From Candidatus Bathyarchaeia archaeon (GTDB taxonomy: Archaea; Thermoproteota; Bathyarchaeia; Bathyarchaeales; Bathycorpusculaceae), in the NCBI GenBank assembly GCA_038883715.1, contig JAVZLS010000006.1, positions 1 to 64,000 of the forward strand: 64,000 bases of DNA, read 5' to 3'. How positions within the stretch are numbered: position 1 is the stretch's first letter; every line of letters starts with the position of its first letter. Below the pieces are notes generated by a model that ran no database searches, was not told the origin of the DNA, and saw only the letters and a program-made list of their open reading frames with translations. The position numbers were made by a program, and so were the translations under genes. This document shows, piece by piece, positions 56,333 through 64,000 of the stretch.

Positions 56333-57573
56333 ATGGTTAGGGTTTGGAGTTCTATGTTAAAGCATTTCAGAATGGAGTTTAGCTTCATATCTGGGAACAT
56401 TTTAATACTTCTGGTCGTTTGGGCAGTTACGGATTTCGCTCATTTTCTCCCAGACACCTATTATTCCCTTTACGCTGAGTCCCTTGGCGCTTCGCCTCAA
56501 ATAATAGGCTCAATTTTATCAGCATCATTGTTTATCATGGCTTTTCTTCAGCTGGCTGGCGGTTATTGGGCAGACAAAAGAGGGAGAAAAATCATAATTG
56601 TGGCTACAAGCTTTGCCAGAGCCCTAATATACCTCGTTTTCGCTACAGCTCCGACTTGGCACTTCATCCTTTTTGGTGAAATGCTAGTTGGAGTGGCCGC
56701 CCTCTCTTATCCGGCGATGTCAGCTCTTGTCGCAGACTCGCTTCCACCGGATAAGAGGGGGCTGGGCTATTCACTTTCCATACTGGCTGGTGTAACTTCC
56801 ATCCTCTCGCCGGTTGTTGCAGGAACACTCTACTTAAAATATGGATTGGTATTTGGCATGAGAACAGCCTACCTTATAGTTTCTATCTGCTGGTTTGCCT
56901 CCGGTGTAATGCTTCTAAAGTTAAAGGAAACCCTAAAACCTGAAGTAACCAGCGCTTCTTTAACGAGGTTTTGGAGAGAATGCCCTAAAGCCTTTAAAGA
57001 ATGCATAACAGTATGGAAGTTTGTTCCCAAAACTATGCTTTATCTTTTCCTAATTTTCACCCCCCTCATGTTTTTTGTCAGGATGTGCATGCCCTACTAT
57101 GTGCTGTATGCAAGCCGATTCTTGAAAGTGGACGAGTTTCAATGGGCGGTCTTGCAAACCGTATACTCCCTAACCTTCTATTGCTCATTGCTTCCCGCAG
57201 GCAAGCTGGTGGATACGTTTGGCAGGAAAAAACCGCTCATTTTATCCTCAGTATCAGGAGCCATTGGAATGGCATTGTTTCTACACGGACACCAATTGGG
57301 ATTATACCTTTTTTCAATGTTTTCTGCGGTTTGCAACGCTTTAGCCTTCACAGCGTATCCATCCATGCAAACCGACCTAACCCCAAAGGAGGAAAAATGA
57401 TGGGTTTCTCAAATTTTTCCGACTGCATCTTAGGATCCATAGCGCTGCTTTTAGGCGGCATTCTATACGAGTTTTCACCAATAACACCATTCCTTCTACT
57501 GCTTGCTACCATGACATTAACAGCCATAACAATAGCCATTTTCATAACTGAACCTCAAAAGAAAGAGGCATAA
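56333..57573 (+). pseudogene. Frameshifted MFS transporter
   Basis: First frame stops at 57400 after DLTPKE; the last two TMs (GKMMGFSN...EPQKKEA) continue in another frame to 57573. Confidence 0.8.
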
Positions 57574-57812
57574 CAAAATCTAGAGGGGGCTGTCGCTATT
57601 GGCTTTTTTCTCAGCCAAAATTAATGGAAAATTCTAGCGGGGAGGGGGAGGCTACCTTAAGCTGTTTTCCTCAACCATTTTCCCAATGAGCTAAAATTCT
57701 ATAGAGGGTATCCAATTTACAAGAGCCGCACAGCCTAAAATTGCCACTAGCAATGCAAAATCTAGAGGGGGCTATCAATTTTGCAGTTCGCCACCAGCAA
57801 CAAAATTGACAT
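57574..57812. repeat. Four-unit degenerate tandem repeat (AAAAT(T)CTA...GAGGG core)
   Basis: Identical 18-mer CAAAATCTAGAGGGGGCT at 57574 and 57756; variants at 57627 and 57692. Confidence 0.7.
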
Positions 57813-58106
57813 TTATAGCATGCACTTTAAGGCTTCTGCGCCTCGCATTCCAGGCTGAACGCCTAGTCTTTTAGCCTCTGTTGTTGCGGCTTTAATCTCG
57901 GCATTTAAAACATCCTCGAAGGTTTTTACTCCAGTCACCATGGCGGTAGCCACGCCGAGGCGTTCTGCAGCCTCAAGGTTTAGGAAGCCGCACATGATGA
58001 AGCCCTTCTCCGCCACAATCAGCAATAGTGGTGGCGAGTCTGGAAGCTCAACTCTGATGCCCAAACACGTTTTATCGTCAACCTTAACTTGAGCTACACT
58101 TATCAA
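57813..58106 (-). CDS. DUF1805/YunC family protein
   Basis: PLLLIVAEKGFIMCGFLN, A.VTGVKTFEDVL, GMRGAEAL; TTG start with GGTGA SD. Confidence 0.88.
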   Translation of the reverse strand: MISVAQVKVDDKTCLGIRVELPDSPPLLLIVAEKGFIMCGFLNLEAAERLGVATAMVTGVKTFEDVLNAEIKAATTEAKRLGVQPGMRGAEALKCML

Positions 58107-58180
58107 GGTGTTCACCACAACAGTCTAGGTTATGTTGTAATTTTTAAATAAGAATTGCCACACAGAGAAAGCGAAACACT

Positions 58181-58795
58181 ATGTTGACAAGGCTAAAAAC
58201 CAAAGTGCAGGCAGCCATAAAAGCGCAAGCCCAAACAGTCAACAAGTTAGGCTTAACACCAAACATTATAAGTGCTATAGGTATCGTTTTAGCCCTCCTT
58301 TCGGCAACAGCCTACGCCAATGGACGCCAGACAGTAACGTTGGCTTTGGCTGTTTTTCTGCTGCTTCTTTCGGGATACTGCGACATACTAGACGGAGCCT
58401 TAGCAAGACTATATCAAAAGTCAACGCCTTTCGGTGGCTTTTTGGATTCCCTTCTTGATAGGTATGCGGACTCAGCGGTTTATGTGGGCATAATATTGGG
58501 TGGACTATGCTCGGCGCCGTGGGGGCTAATAGCCCTTATAGGCTCTTTGCTGGTAAGCTATTCCCGCGCCAGAGCTGAAGCAGCGGGCATAAAAATGGAG
58601 ACTGTTGGTTTGGCTGAAAGAGCTGAACGAATAATCATAATTGCGGTTGCAAGCTTAGCCGAAATATTCTTTGCTGGCGTTATTGAAGTTGGCATGATAG
58701 TGTTGGCGGTGCTTACAAACCTAACAGTGTTTCAGAGAAGCCTATACGCGTATAAGGCGTTAAAGAAGAAAGGAGAAGCGAAGCAGGAAAGCTAG
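58181..58795 (+). CDS. CDP-alcohol phosphatidyltransferase (archaetidylinositol-phosphate synthase-like)
   Basis: DILDGALAR...GGFLDSLLDRYAD signature, SYSRARAE, ERAER. Confidence 0.92.
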   Translation: MLTRLKTKVQAAIKAQAQTVNKLGLTPNIISAIGIVLALLSATAYANGRQTVTLALAVFLLLLSGYCDILDGALARLYQKSTPFGGFLDSLLDRYADSAVYVGIILGGLCSAPWGLIALIGSLLVSYSRARAEAAGIKMETVGLAERAERIIIIAVASLAEIFFAGVIEVGMIVLAVLTNLTVFQRSLYAYKALKKKGEAKQES

Positions 58796-59082
58796 AATCT
58801 TCTGCCAATGCGGAGTTTCCGCTCTTCTCTGGCGCGAACCTTCACAATGCCATAATGAACGGCGCATGAAACACAATAATATTTTGTGTCAACCGGCGCA
58901 GAAATATAAGCGCCCTTCTGGCGAAGCTCTTTTGCTAGGGCTGGGTCCACGAGGGATAGCCTCCGCGTAACTTTTTTGGCTTTATCCCTTGGCACAAGCT
59001 CCCCACAGTTGGCACACTGAACAAAGCCACTTCTACCCTTGGCGCCCTTTGACCTTCCACGACTCTTCCTCTTGTACGGCAT
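58792..59082 (-). CDS. rps26e: 30S ribosomal protein S26e
   Basis: MPYKRKSRGRSKG, CANCG..VPRDKA, YCVSCAVH, VKVR. Confidence 0.95.
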   Translation of the reverse strand: MPYKRKSRGRSKGAKGRSGFVQCANCGELVPRDKAKKVTRRLSLVDPALAKELRQKGAYISAPVDTKYYCVSCAVHYGIVKVRAREERKLRIGRRF

Positions 59083-59126
59083 AACTAACCCACAAGCAAT
59101 TCTATGCATGATATAGCCATGCACGC

Positions 59127-60017
59127 CTATATATCTGTTCTCAATTTCAAAACGTAAGCAATGTTAGCCCTGGAATCTATTCTAGGGATAATCTTCCCAG
59201 TAGACGACGTGAAGAGGGTTGTGACACCTGGACCATGCCCAGAAGTTACACAGTTCGTGTGGACAACTATGCCCACTGAAACGGCGCCCTTGCGGTATAT
59301 TCGCCCATAAGAATGGTCCGCGTCCAGTATAGCCACCAAGTCTCCAAGTCTCAAATCGTCAAGTCCATACTCCTTCCGTGTGGCTTCATCGAAAAGTTGT
59401 ATGTCATAATCTCCAGAATAAGTCTGGTTTGCACCTAAACCAGAGCCCATAATCGCCGCTGGAATAACATGCGTCACCGGAACCTCCAACTTGTCGCCCA
59501 CCGGCTTCGGGTCTAAGGCTTCCAAGAAACGGGGGTCCATATTCATAACCTTAATTTCTGGAAAATCCAAAAGCTTCAAGCCAACGCCGAATGCCTTCAC
59601 CAAAACTTTATCGCCCAGCATAAGCTTTTCAAAAGTTTCAGGCTGAAAATCCACAAGCACATGCTCTATCCCACCGTGCTTTCCAGTGACAACACCCTTT
59701 GCGCCTTTGGCGTCGCCAGAAACCACAACAGCCTCATTTCCAACGCATGAAAGCACGTTTAAAGCTGTGTTAGCACCACGACCAAAAGTGGGATCATTCT
59801 CCTTGTTCTCTATGCTCACGCCGGGTTCAACATGGTCTGCTTCCCAGCCGCAAGCCAGGTCGCCAACCCTCACGTTGTAGGTTATTCCGCCTACGCCTGG
59901 CAAGACCAATGGCACTCCTTCGGCTGAAATGTTGTATATGCCTCTTCCATAAATTGGGCTTGCCACCTCGCCAACAACAGAAATCTTAACAAGTTTGTCA
60001 ACGTTTGTCCTTAACAT
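59127..60017 (-). CDS. DUF4438 family protein
   Basis: PGVGGITYN, DHVEPGVS, TGKHGGIEH, MGSGLG, GDYDI, GHGPGVT. Confidence 0.85.
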   Translation of the reverse strand: MLRTNVDKLVKISVVGEVASPIYGRGIYNISAEGVPLVLPGVGGITYNVRVGDLACGWEADHVEPGVSIENKENDPTFGRGANTALNVLSCVGNEAVVVSGDAKGAKGVVTGKHGGIEHVLVDFQPETFEKLMLGDKVLVKAFGVGLKLLDFPEIKVMNMDPRFLEALDPKPVGDKLEVPVTHVIPAAIMGSGLGANQTYSGDYDIQLFDEATRKEYGLDDLRLGDLVAILDADHSYGRIYRKGAVSVGIVVHTNCVTSGHGPGVTTLFTSSTGKIIPRIDSRANIAYVLKLRTDI

Positions 60018-60179
60018 GCTTTTCTCCTCGACGGATAAAAGTCAACATCAGTCTCGGATAATAAGTTTCCCCTCTATAAATGATGTAAACGCTTGGAACA
60101 TAACAAGTTTTAAATGCCTCTTTACATTTTGAGTTGAGTGAAAAGCAGAGCGCACAAAACCGACAGTGGCGAAAACCAG

Positions 60180-60767
60180 ATGGCTGAAATTGGTCTAAGG
60201 TCAAGAATGCTGGTTAAAGACGTCATGAGCAGCCCAGTGATAACTGTGGAAGAAGACGCTACAGCAAACCGAGTGGCAGAGCTCATGGACAAACATGGAT
60301 TGGGATGCATTATAGTAACTAGTAAGGAAGGAAAGCCCATAGGAATCATAACTGAGAGAGACCTAGTGACAAGGGTTCTTGCAAAAAACGTTAAACCTGA
60401 CGCTTTAAAGGCAAAAGACGTTATGACAACCCCCCTAATAACAATAGAGCCAGACGAAACAATAAGCGAAGCAGCCCGGAAAATGAGCAGACTAAACATT
60501 AGAAGGCTAGGCGTAGTCTACAAGGGACAGCTCATCGGAATCCTCTCCAGCAAGGACATATTGGCAGTAATGCCAGAACTCATCGAAACAATACAGGAGA
60601 GAGCCCTCATAGAGGGAGAAAACCTAGCCCAAGCAACCATAACAGAAGAGGAAGAATCCTCTCTTGCCGGGTACTGCGACCGCTGTGGCGGATGGTCAGA
60701 CAACCTTAAAGAGGTGGATGGAGAGTTCCTCTGCGAAGACTGCAGAGCAGAATTGGAAACTGAATGA
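60180..60767 (+). CDS. CBS-pair protein with C-terminal Zn ribbon
   Basis: GIITERDL and GILSSKDI CBS motifs; CDRC...CEDC. Confidence 0.9.
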   Translation: MAEIGLRSRMLVKDVMSSPVITVEEDATANRVAELMDKHGLGCIIVTSKEGKPIGIITERDLVTRVLAKNVKPDALKAKDVMTTPLITIEPDETISEAARKMSRLNIRRLGVVYKGQLIGILSSKDILAVMPELIETIQERALIEGENLAQATITEEEESSLAGYCDRCGGWSDNLKEVDGEFLCEDCRAELETE

Positions 60768-60790
60768 AAAAGGTTTAAAGGGGAGATTTT

Positions 60791-61576
60791 TTGCGTGTCA
60801 AAGAAATATTGAATGAAAAACACCCCTTCATTTACGATGATGAGCTTGCAACAAAAGCCCGGGCTCTCATCCGTGACTTCTCCCTAAGAATATTGCCGGT
60901 CACAAACCGTGAAAGAAAACATTTGGGAATAGTTTCCCGCGGTGCAGTCATGACTATATCCTCGTCTGTTTCGCCAATAAAGGTGAAGGGCATAATGACA
61001 AACCCAAAATATGTCGCCACAACCGAAGATGATGCTTTCCAAACAGTTAGGGCGATGCTACGTGTGGACGAATGGTGCACACCAGTTGTAAACAACAGAA
61101 CAGAAAACATGTTAAAAGGGGTCTTAGGCTTAGAGAACTTCATAGAAAATATAATTAAAACAAGCCCTGAAAAACTTGCAAAGCCGGTTTCAGAAATAAT
61201 GTCGACAAACATCCTAACATGCTCTCCAGACGATGAGATTGATGACGTCTGGCGCTTGATGCAAGACAAATCTTTAGCCGGACTCCCAGTCGTCACCAAA
61301 AACAAGCTTGTGGGCATCGTAACCCAGAAAGACCTCCTAGAAAGCGGGGCACTCATGCCGACATTCGAGTCCCATAAAGGAAGATTTAAGGCTTCAACGA
61401 AAATTTCAGCCGTTATGAAGACAAACGTGATAACTGTTCAGCCATCGGTGAAGGCAATAAGAGTTGCAAAAGTTATGGTTTCAAAAGACATTGGGCGAGT
61501 CCCAGTCGTGGACGAAGAGGGAAAGCTAATAGGTATAGTGGACCGAGAAGACATAGCAAGGCCCATAATCAAATGA
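60791..61576 (+). CDS. Four-CBS-domain protein
   Basis: LPV...GIVS, GIVTQKDL, VPVVD..GKLIGIVDREDI. Confidence 0.9.
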   Translation: MRVKEILNEKHPFIYDDELATKARALIRDFSLRILPVTNRERKHLGIVSRGAVMTISSSVSPIKVKGIMTNPKYVATTEDDAFQTVRAMLRVDEWCTPVVNNRTENMLKGVLGLENFIENIIKTSPEKLAKPVSEIMSTNILTCSPDDEIDDVWRLMQDKSLAGLPVVTKNKLVGIVTQKDLLESGALMPTFESHKGRFKASTKISAVMKTNVITVQPSVKAIRVAKVMVSKDIGRVPVVDEEGKLIGIVDREDIARPIIK

Positions 61577-61582
61577 GAAGGC

Positions 61583-62497
61583 GTGGAAATGAGTAGAGAA
61601 ACTTTTAGGAGAACACTAAGAGGAAAGGGGCCAGTTTCGTTAAAAGGTTCAGCCGCCAAAAAACGCGAAGGCGACGTTATGCACATAGCAAAAAGCCCAG
61701 TCATAACAATGGCTCCAACAACACCCATATACGACGCCATAAAAATAATGGCGAAAGAAGGATTCCGAAGAATCCCCATCGCTGATCCAGGCACAAAAAC
61801 ATTGGCTGGAATAGTAACAGCCACCGACATAGTTGACTACCTCGGCGGAGGCAAAAAATTCGAAATAGTCCAACAGAAGTTTTCCGGAAACATCTTTAAA
61901 GCCATAAACGAGCCGATAAAACTCATAATGAACCAGAAAGTTTTCGCGGTAAAAACCACAGCGGACATAAGCGAGGCAATCCAACTTATGAAAGAGAAGA
62001 ATGTAGGTGGCTTACCAGTTGTGGACAACGAAAACCATGTTAGGGCAATAGTCACTGAAAGGGATGTAGCCCGCATGTTCGCAGACAGAATAAGCGGGAT
62101 AAAAGTTTCACAGCTAATGACCGAAAAAGTGGTAACCGCACTGCCAAAAACAACAATCTTTGAAGCAGAGAAAACCATGATTGGACAAGGCTTCAGAAGG
62201 CTCCCAATAGTCTCAGACGGCAAAGTTGTAGGTATAGTAACATCTATGGACATAATACGCTTCTTCGGCTCAGGAGAAGTCTTCAGACACCTAAAATCGG
62301 GAACAATAACGCAGGTTTTGAACACACCAGCCCTCGAAATAGCCACAAAAGAAGTCACAACAATCACGCCTGAAGCAGACGTTGGACAAGCGGCAAAAAT
62401 CATGCGGGAGAAAAACCTTGGCGCCTTACCAGTCGTCCAGAACGAGAAGCTTGTTGGAATAATAACCGAAAGGGACTTCTTCAAAATAATAGAGTAG
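61583..62497 (+). CDS. Four-CBS-domain protein
   Basis: GFRRIPI, GIVTATDI, IVTERDV, GIVTSMDI, GIITERDF. Confidence 0.9.
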   Translation: MEMSRETFRRTLRGKGPVSLKGSAAKKREGDVMHIAKSPVITMAPTTPIYDAIKIMAKEGFRRIPIADPGTKTLAGIVTATDIVDYLGGGKKFEIVQQKFSGNIFKAINEPIKLIMNQKVFAVKTTADISEAIQLMKEKNVGGLPVVDNENHVRAIVTERDVARMFADRISGIKVSQLMTEKVVTALPKTTIFEAEKTMIGQGFRRLPIVSDGKVVGIVTSMDIIRFFGSGEVFRHLKSGTITQVLNTPALEIATKEVTTITPEADVGQAAKIMREKNLGALPVVQNEKLVGIITERDFFKIIE

Positions 62498-62513
62498 AAT
62501 ATTAGGCAATTTT

Positions 62514-63584
62514 ATGCCGAAGGAAGCCCTCTGCCTAAAAGTCCCAAAAATTAACGGCGAAAAAGCCATAACAACAGCCCACAAACTAGAATTGGTTAAC
62601 AAAGAACTAGAAGTTCAAAGAAATAACGCCTACATTTACATCCCCCTAGCTAGAAACCCATCAAAAGATGACGTTCAAGCCCTCCAAAAACAAGCCATAA
62701 GCCTTGAAATCACAACTTACACTTTTCCAGAAAGAAAAACGCGTCCAAAAACACTTATGGAGTTGTTGGAAGGCAAACTTCCGCCCCACCTATTAGCTTG
62801 TGTTCCACGAGCCATGGATGTTGTAGGCGACATAGCCATAATTGAAATCCCGCCAGAACTTGAAAGCTACAAAACGGAAATTGGAAATGCAATCCTACAA
62901 ATTCACAAAAACTTGCGGACAGTTCTCGCCAAGGCTGGAGCAATAAAAGGCGAATACCGAACAAGACAATACATCGTCATAGCTGGAGAACCAAAAACAG
63001 AAACTATACATAAAGAGCATGGATGCCAGTACCATGTAGACTTAGCCAAAGCCTATTTCTCACCCCGTCTATCCAACGAGCATAAGCGAGTAGCATCAAT
63101 AGTTAAAGAAGGCGAAACGGTCATAGACATGTTCGCTGGAGTTGGTCCCTTCTCGATACTCATAGCGAAAACTCATAGCCGTGTTAAGGTTTACGCCATA
63201 GACATAAACCCAGAAGCCATCACTTTACTCGAAAAAAATGTTAGGCTGAATAGGGTTGAGGGAAAAGTTTACCCAATTTTAGGTGACGCAAAACAAGTCA
63301 TTAAACAAAAACTCCGCGGACAAGCAGACCGCATCATCATGAACCTACCAGAAAAAGCCATAGAATTCGTCGGAGCCGCATGCGAAGCCTTGAAGCCCGA
63401 GGGAGGCGCCATACACTTTTACGGTTTCGTCACAGCGGAAAATACATTGGAAAAATTGGAACAACGATTTAGGGAAGAGGTTGAAAAGTCCAGTAGAAGC
63501 GTGGCAAAAATCCTTTTCGCGAGAACCATCCGCGAAACAGCCCCCTACGAGTGGCAAGCCGTTTTAGACGCGGAAATTCGCTAA
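62514..63584 (+). CDS. trm5: tRNA (guanine-37-N1)-methyltransferase Trm5 family
   Basis: DVVGDIAI, YFSPRL..EH.R, DMFAGVGPF, DINP, RIIMNLP, IHFY. Confidence 0.88.
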   Translation: MPKEALCLKVPKINGEKAITTAHKLELVNKELEVQRNNAYIYIPLARNPSKDDVQALQKQAISLEITTYTFPERKTRPKTLMELLEGKLPPHLLACVPRAMDVVGDIAIIEIPPELESYKTEIGNAILQIHKNLRTVLAKAGAIKGEYRTRQYIVIAGEPKTETIHKEHGCQYHVDLAKAYFSPRLSNEHKRVASIVKEGETVIDMFAGVGPFSILIAKTHSRVKVYAIDINPEAITLLEKNVRLNRVEGKVYPILGDAKQVIKQKLRGQADRIIMNLPEKAIEFVGAACEALKPEGGAIHFYGFVTAENTLEKLEQRFREEVEKSSRSVAKILFARTIRETAPYEWQAVLDAEIR

Positions 63585-64000
63585 ACCTCAACAGTTAAAG
63601 TTACCCTAACCATCTGCCCTGGAATCTGAAGCCTCTTCACAAGAGCCCTTGACAAGTCGCAAGCCGCCTTATCCGCATTAATCGCCAAAGTTCTACCACA
63701 AATGTATCCGCTTTTTCTCACAACCATATCTGCCGGATGCGACAAAATCAGTTTAGGGTTTCCCCGAGCCTTTACAACATCGACAGCTCCGCCAGCTTCT
63801 ATGAGGATCGTAAGCCTCGCATTTTCTTTCTGGAGAAATTCCCTAAACTCCGGTTTGAGATCAGAAAAACCTTTATCAGCGGAAACAGCGACAATACAGT
63901 CCCCTCTAACGGAAAGCTCTTTCTCCCTTGTAAATTCAAGCGTGGTTCTGTGGGTAGCTCTGATGTTCCTATGACCAAATGCTGTTAGATATTCGGTGAT
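63581..64000 (-). CDS. DUF371 family protein (5'-partial, not in ORF track)
   Basis: Manual translation: GHRNIRATHRTTLEFTRE...RGDCIVAVSADK...DMVVRKS...RTLAINADKAACDL, TAG at 63581-63583. Confidence 0.88.
   Translation of the reverse strand: MTEYLTAFGHRNIRATHRTTLEFTREKELSVRGDCIVAVSADKGFSDLKPEFREFLQKENARLTILIEAGGAVDVVKARGNPKLILSHPADMVVRKSGYICGRTLAINADKAACDLSRALVKRLQIPGQMVRVTLTVEV

Noticed and set aside
57380-57400. Programmed ribosomal frameshift in the MFS gene
   Set aside because: Residues appear to be missing relative to the paralog, which fits a deletion better than recoding
57574-57812. Bona fide CRISPR array
   Set aside because: The period is CRISPR-like, but only two units share an exact 18-mer, the 'spacers' resemble each other, and no cas genes or leader are visible; kept as an unexplained repeat
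57574-57812. Confident oriC call
   Set aside because: G-strings are present, but the canonical ORB core (TTCCA...GAAA) and an adjacent cdc6/orc1 are not, and I cannot compute skew
63702-63988. Plus-strand ORFs at the right edge
   Set aside because: Shadows of the minus-strand DUF371 gene
1-64000. tRNA/rRNA genes, C/D sRNAs, integrases, transposases, Sec/Pyl read-through
   Set aside because: No convincing signature seen by eye in intergenic gaps or ORFs; small RNAs cannot be excluded without covariance-model searches

Overview
Gene-dense archaeal chromosomal window, most likely Bathyarchaeia (TACK). The call rests on an HMf-type histone, ribosomal proteins S17e/S25e/S26e, Rpo6, thermosome, proteasome beta, arcadin-1, AOR/KOR oxidoreductases and a PEF-CTERM-type beta-helix surface protein. 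About 74 CDSs are supported, mostly housekeeping and amino-acid fermentation genes. Two are absent from the supplied ORF track: an RHH protein at 48367-48519 and a partial DUF371 gene at the right edge. I saw no tRNA, rRNA, integrase, transposase or cas gene. The most interesting signal is a compact trpY <-> trpB2 -> minimal SerK-like module with 10-bp-phased TRP boxes, a candidate self-contained phosphoserine-fuelled indole-salvage system. Other highlights: (1) a proline-racemase-fold enzyme with a rewritten active site paired with an OCD/mu-crystallin reductase; (2) a GMP synthase B subunit with an animal-type duplicated C-terminal subdomain; (3) an orphan arcadin-1; (4) an arginine-synthetase-like ATPase; (5) a four-unit degenerate repeat in a convergent intergenic gap. 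All family assignments are by-eye motif recognition from memory; no database searches were run.
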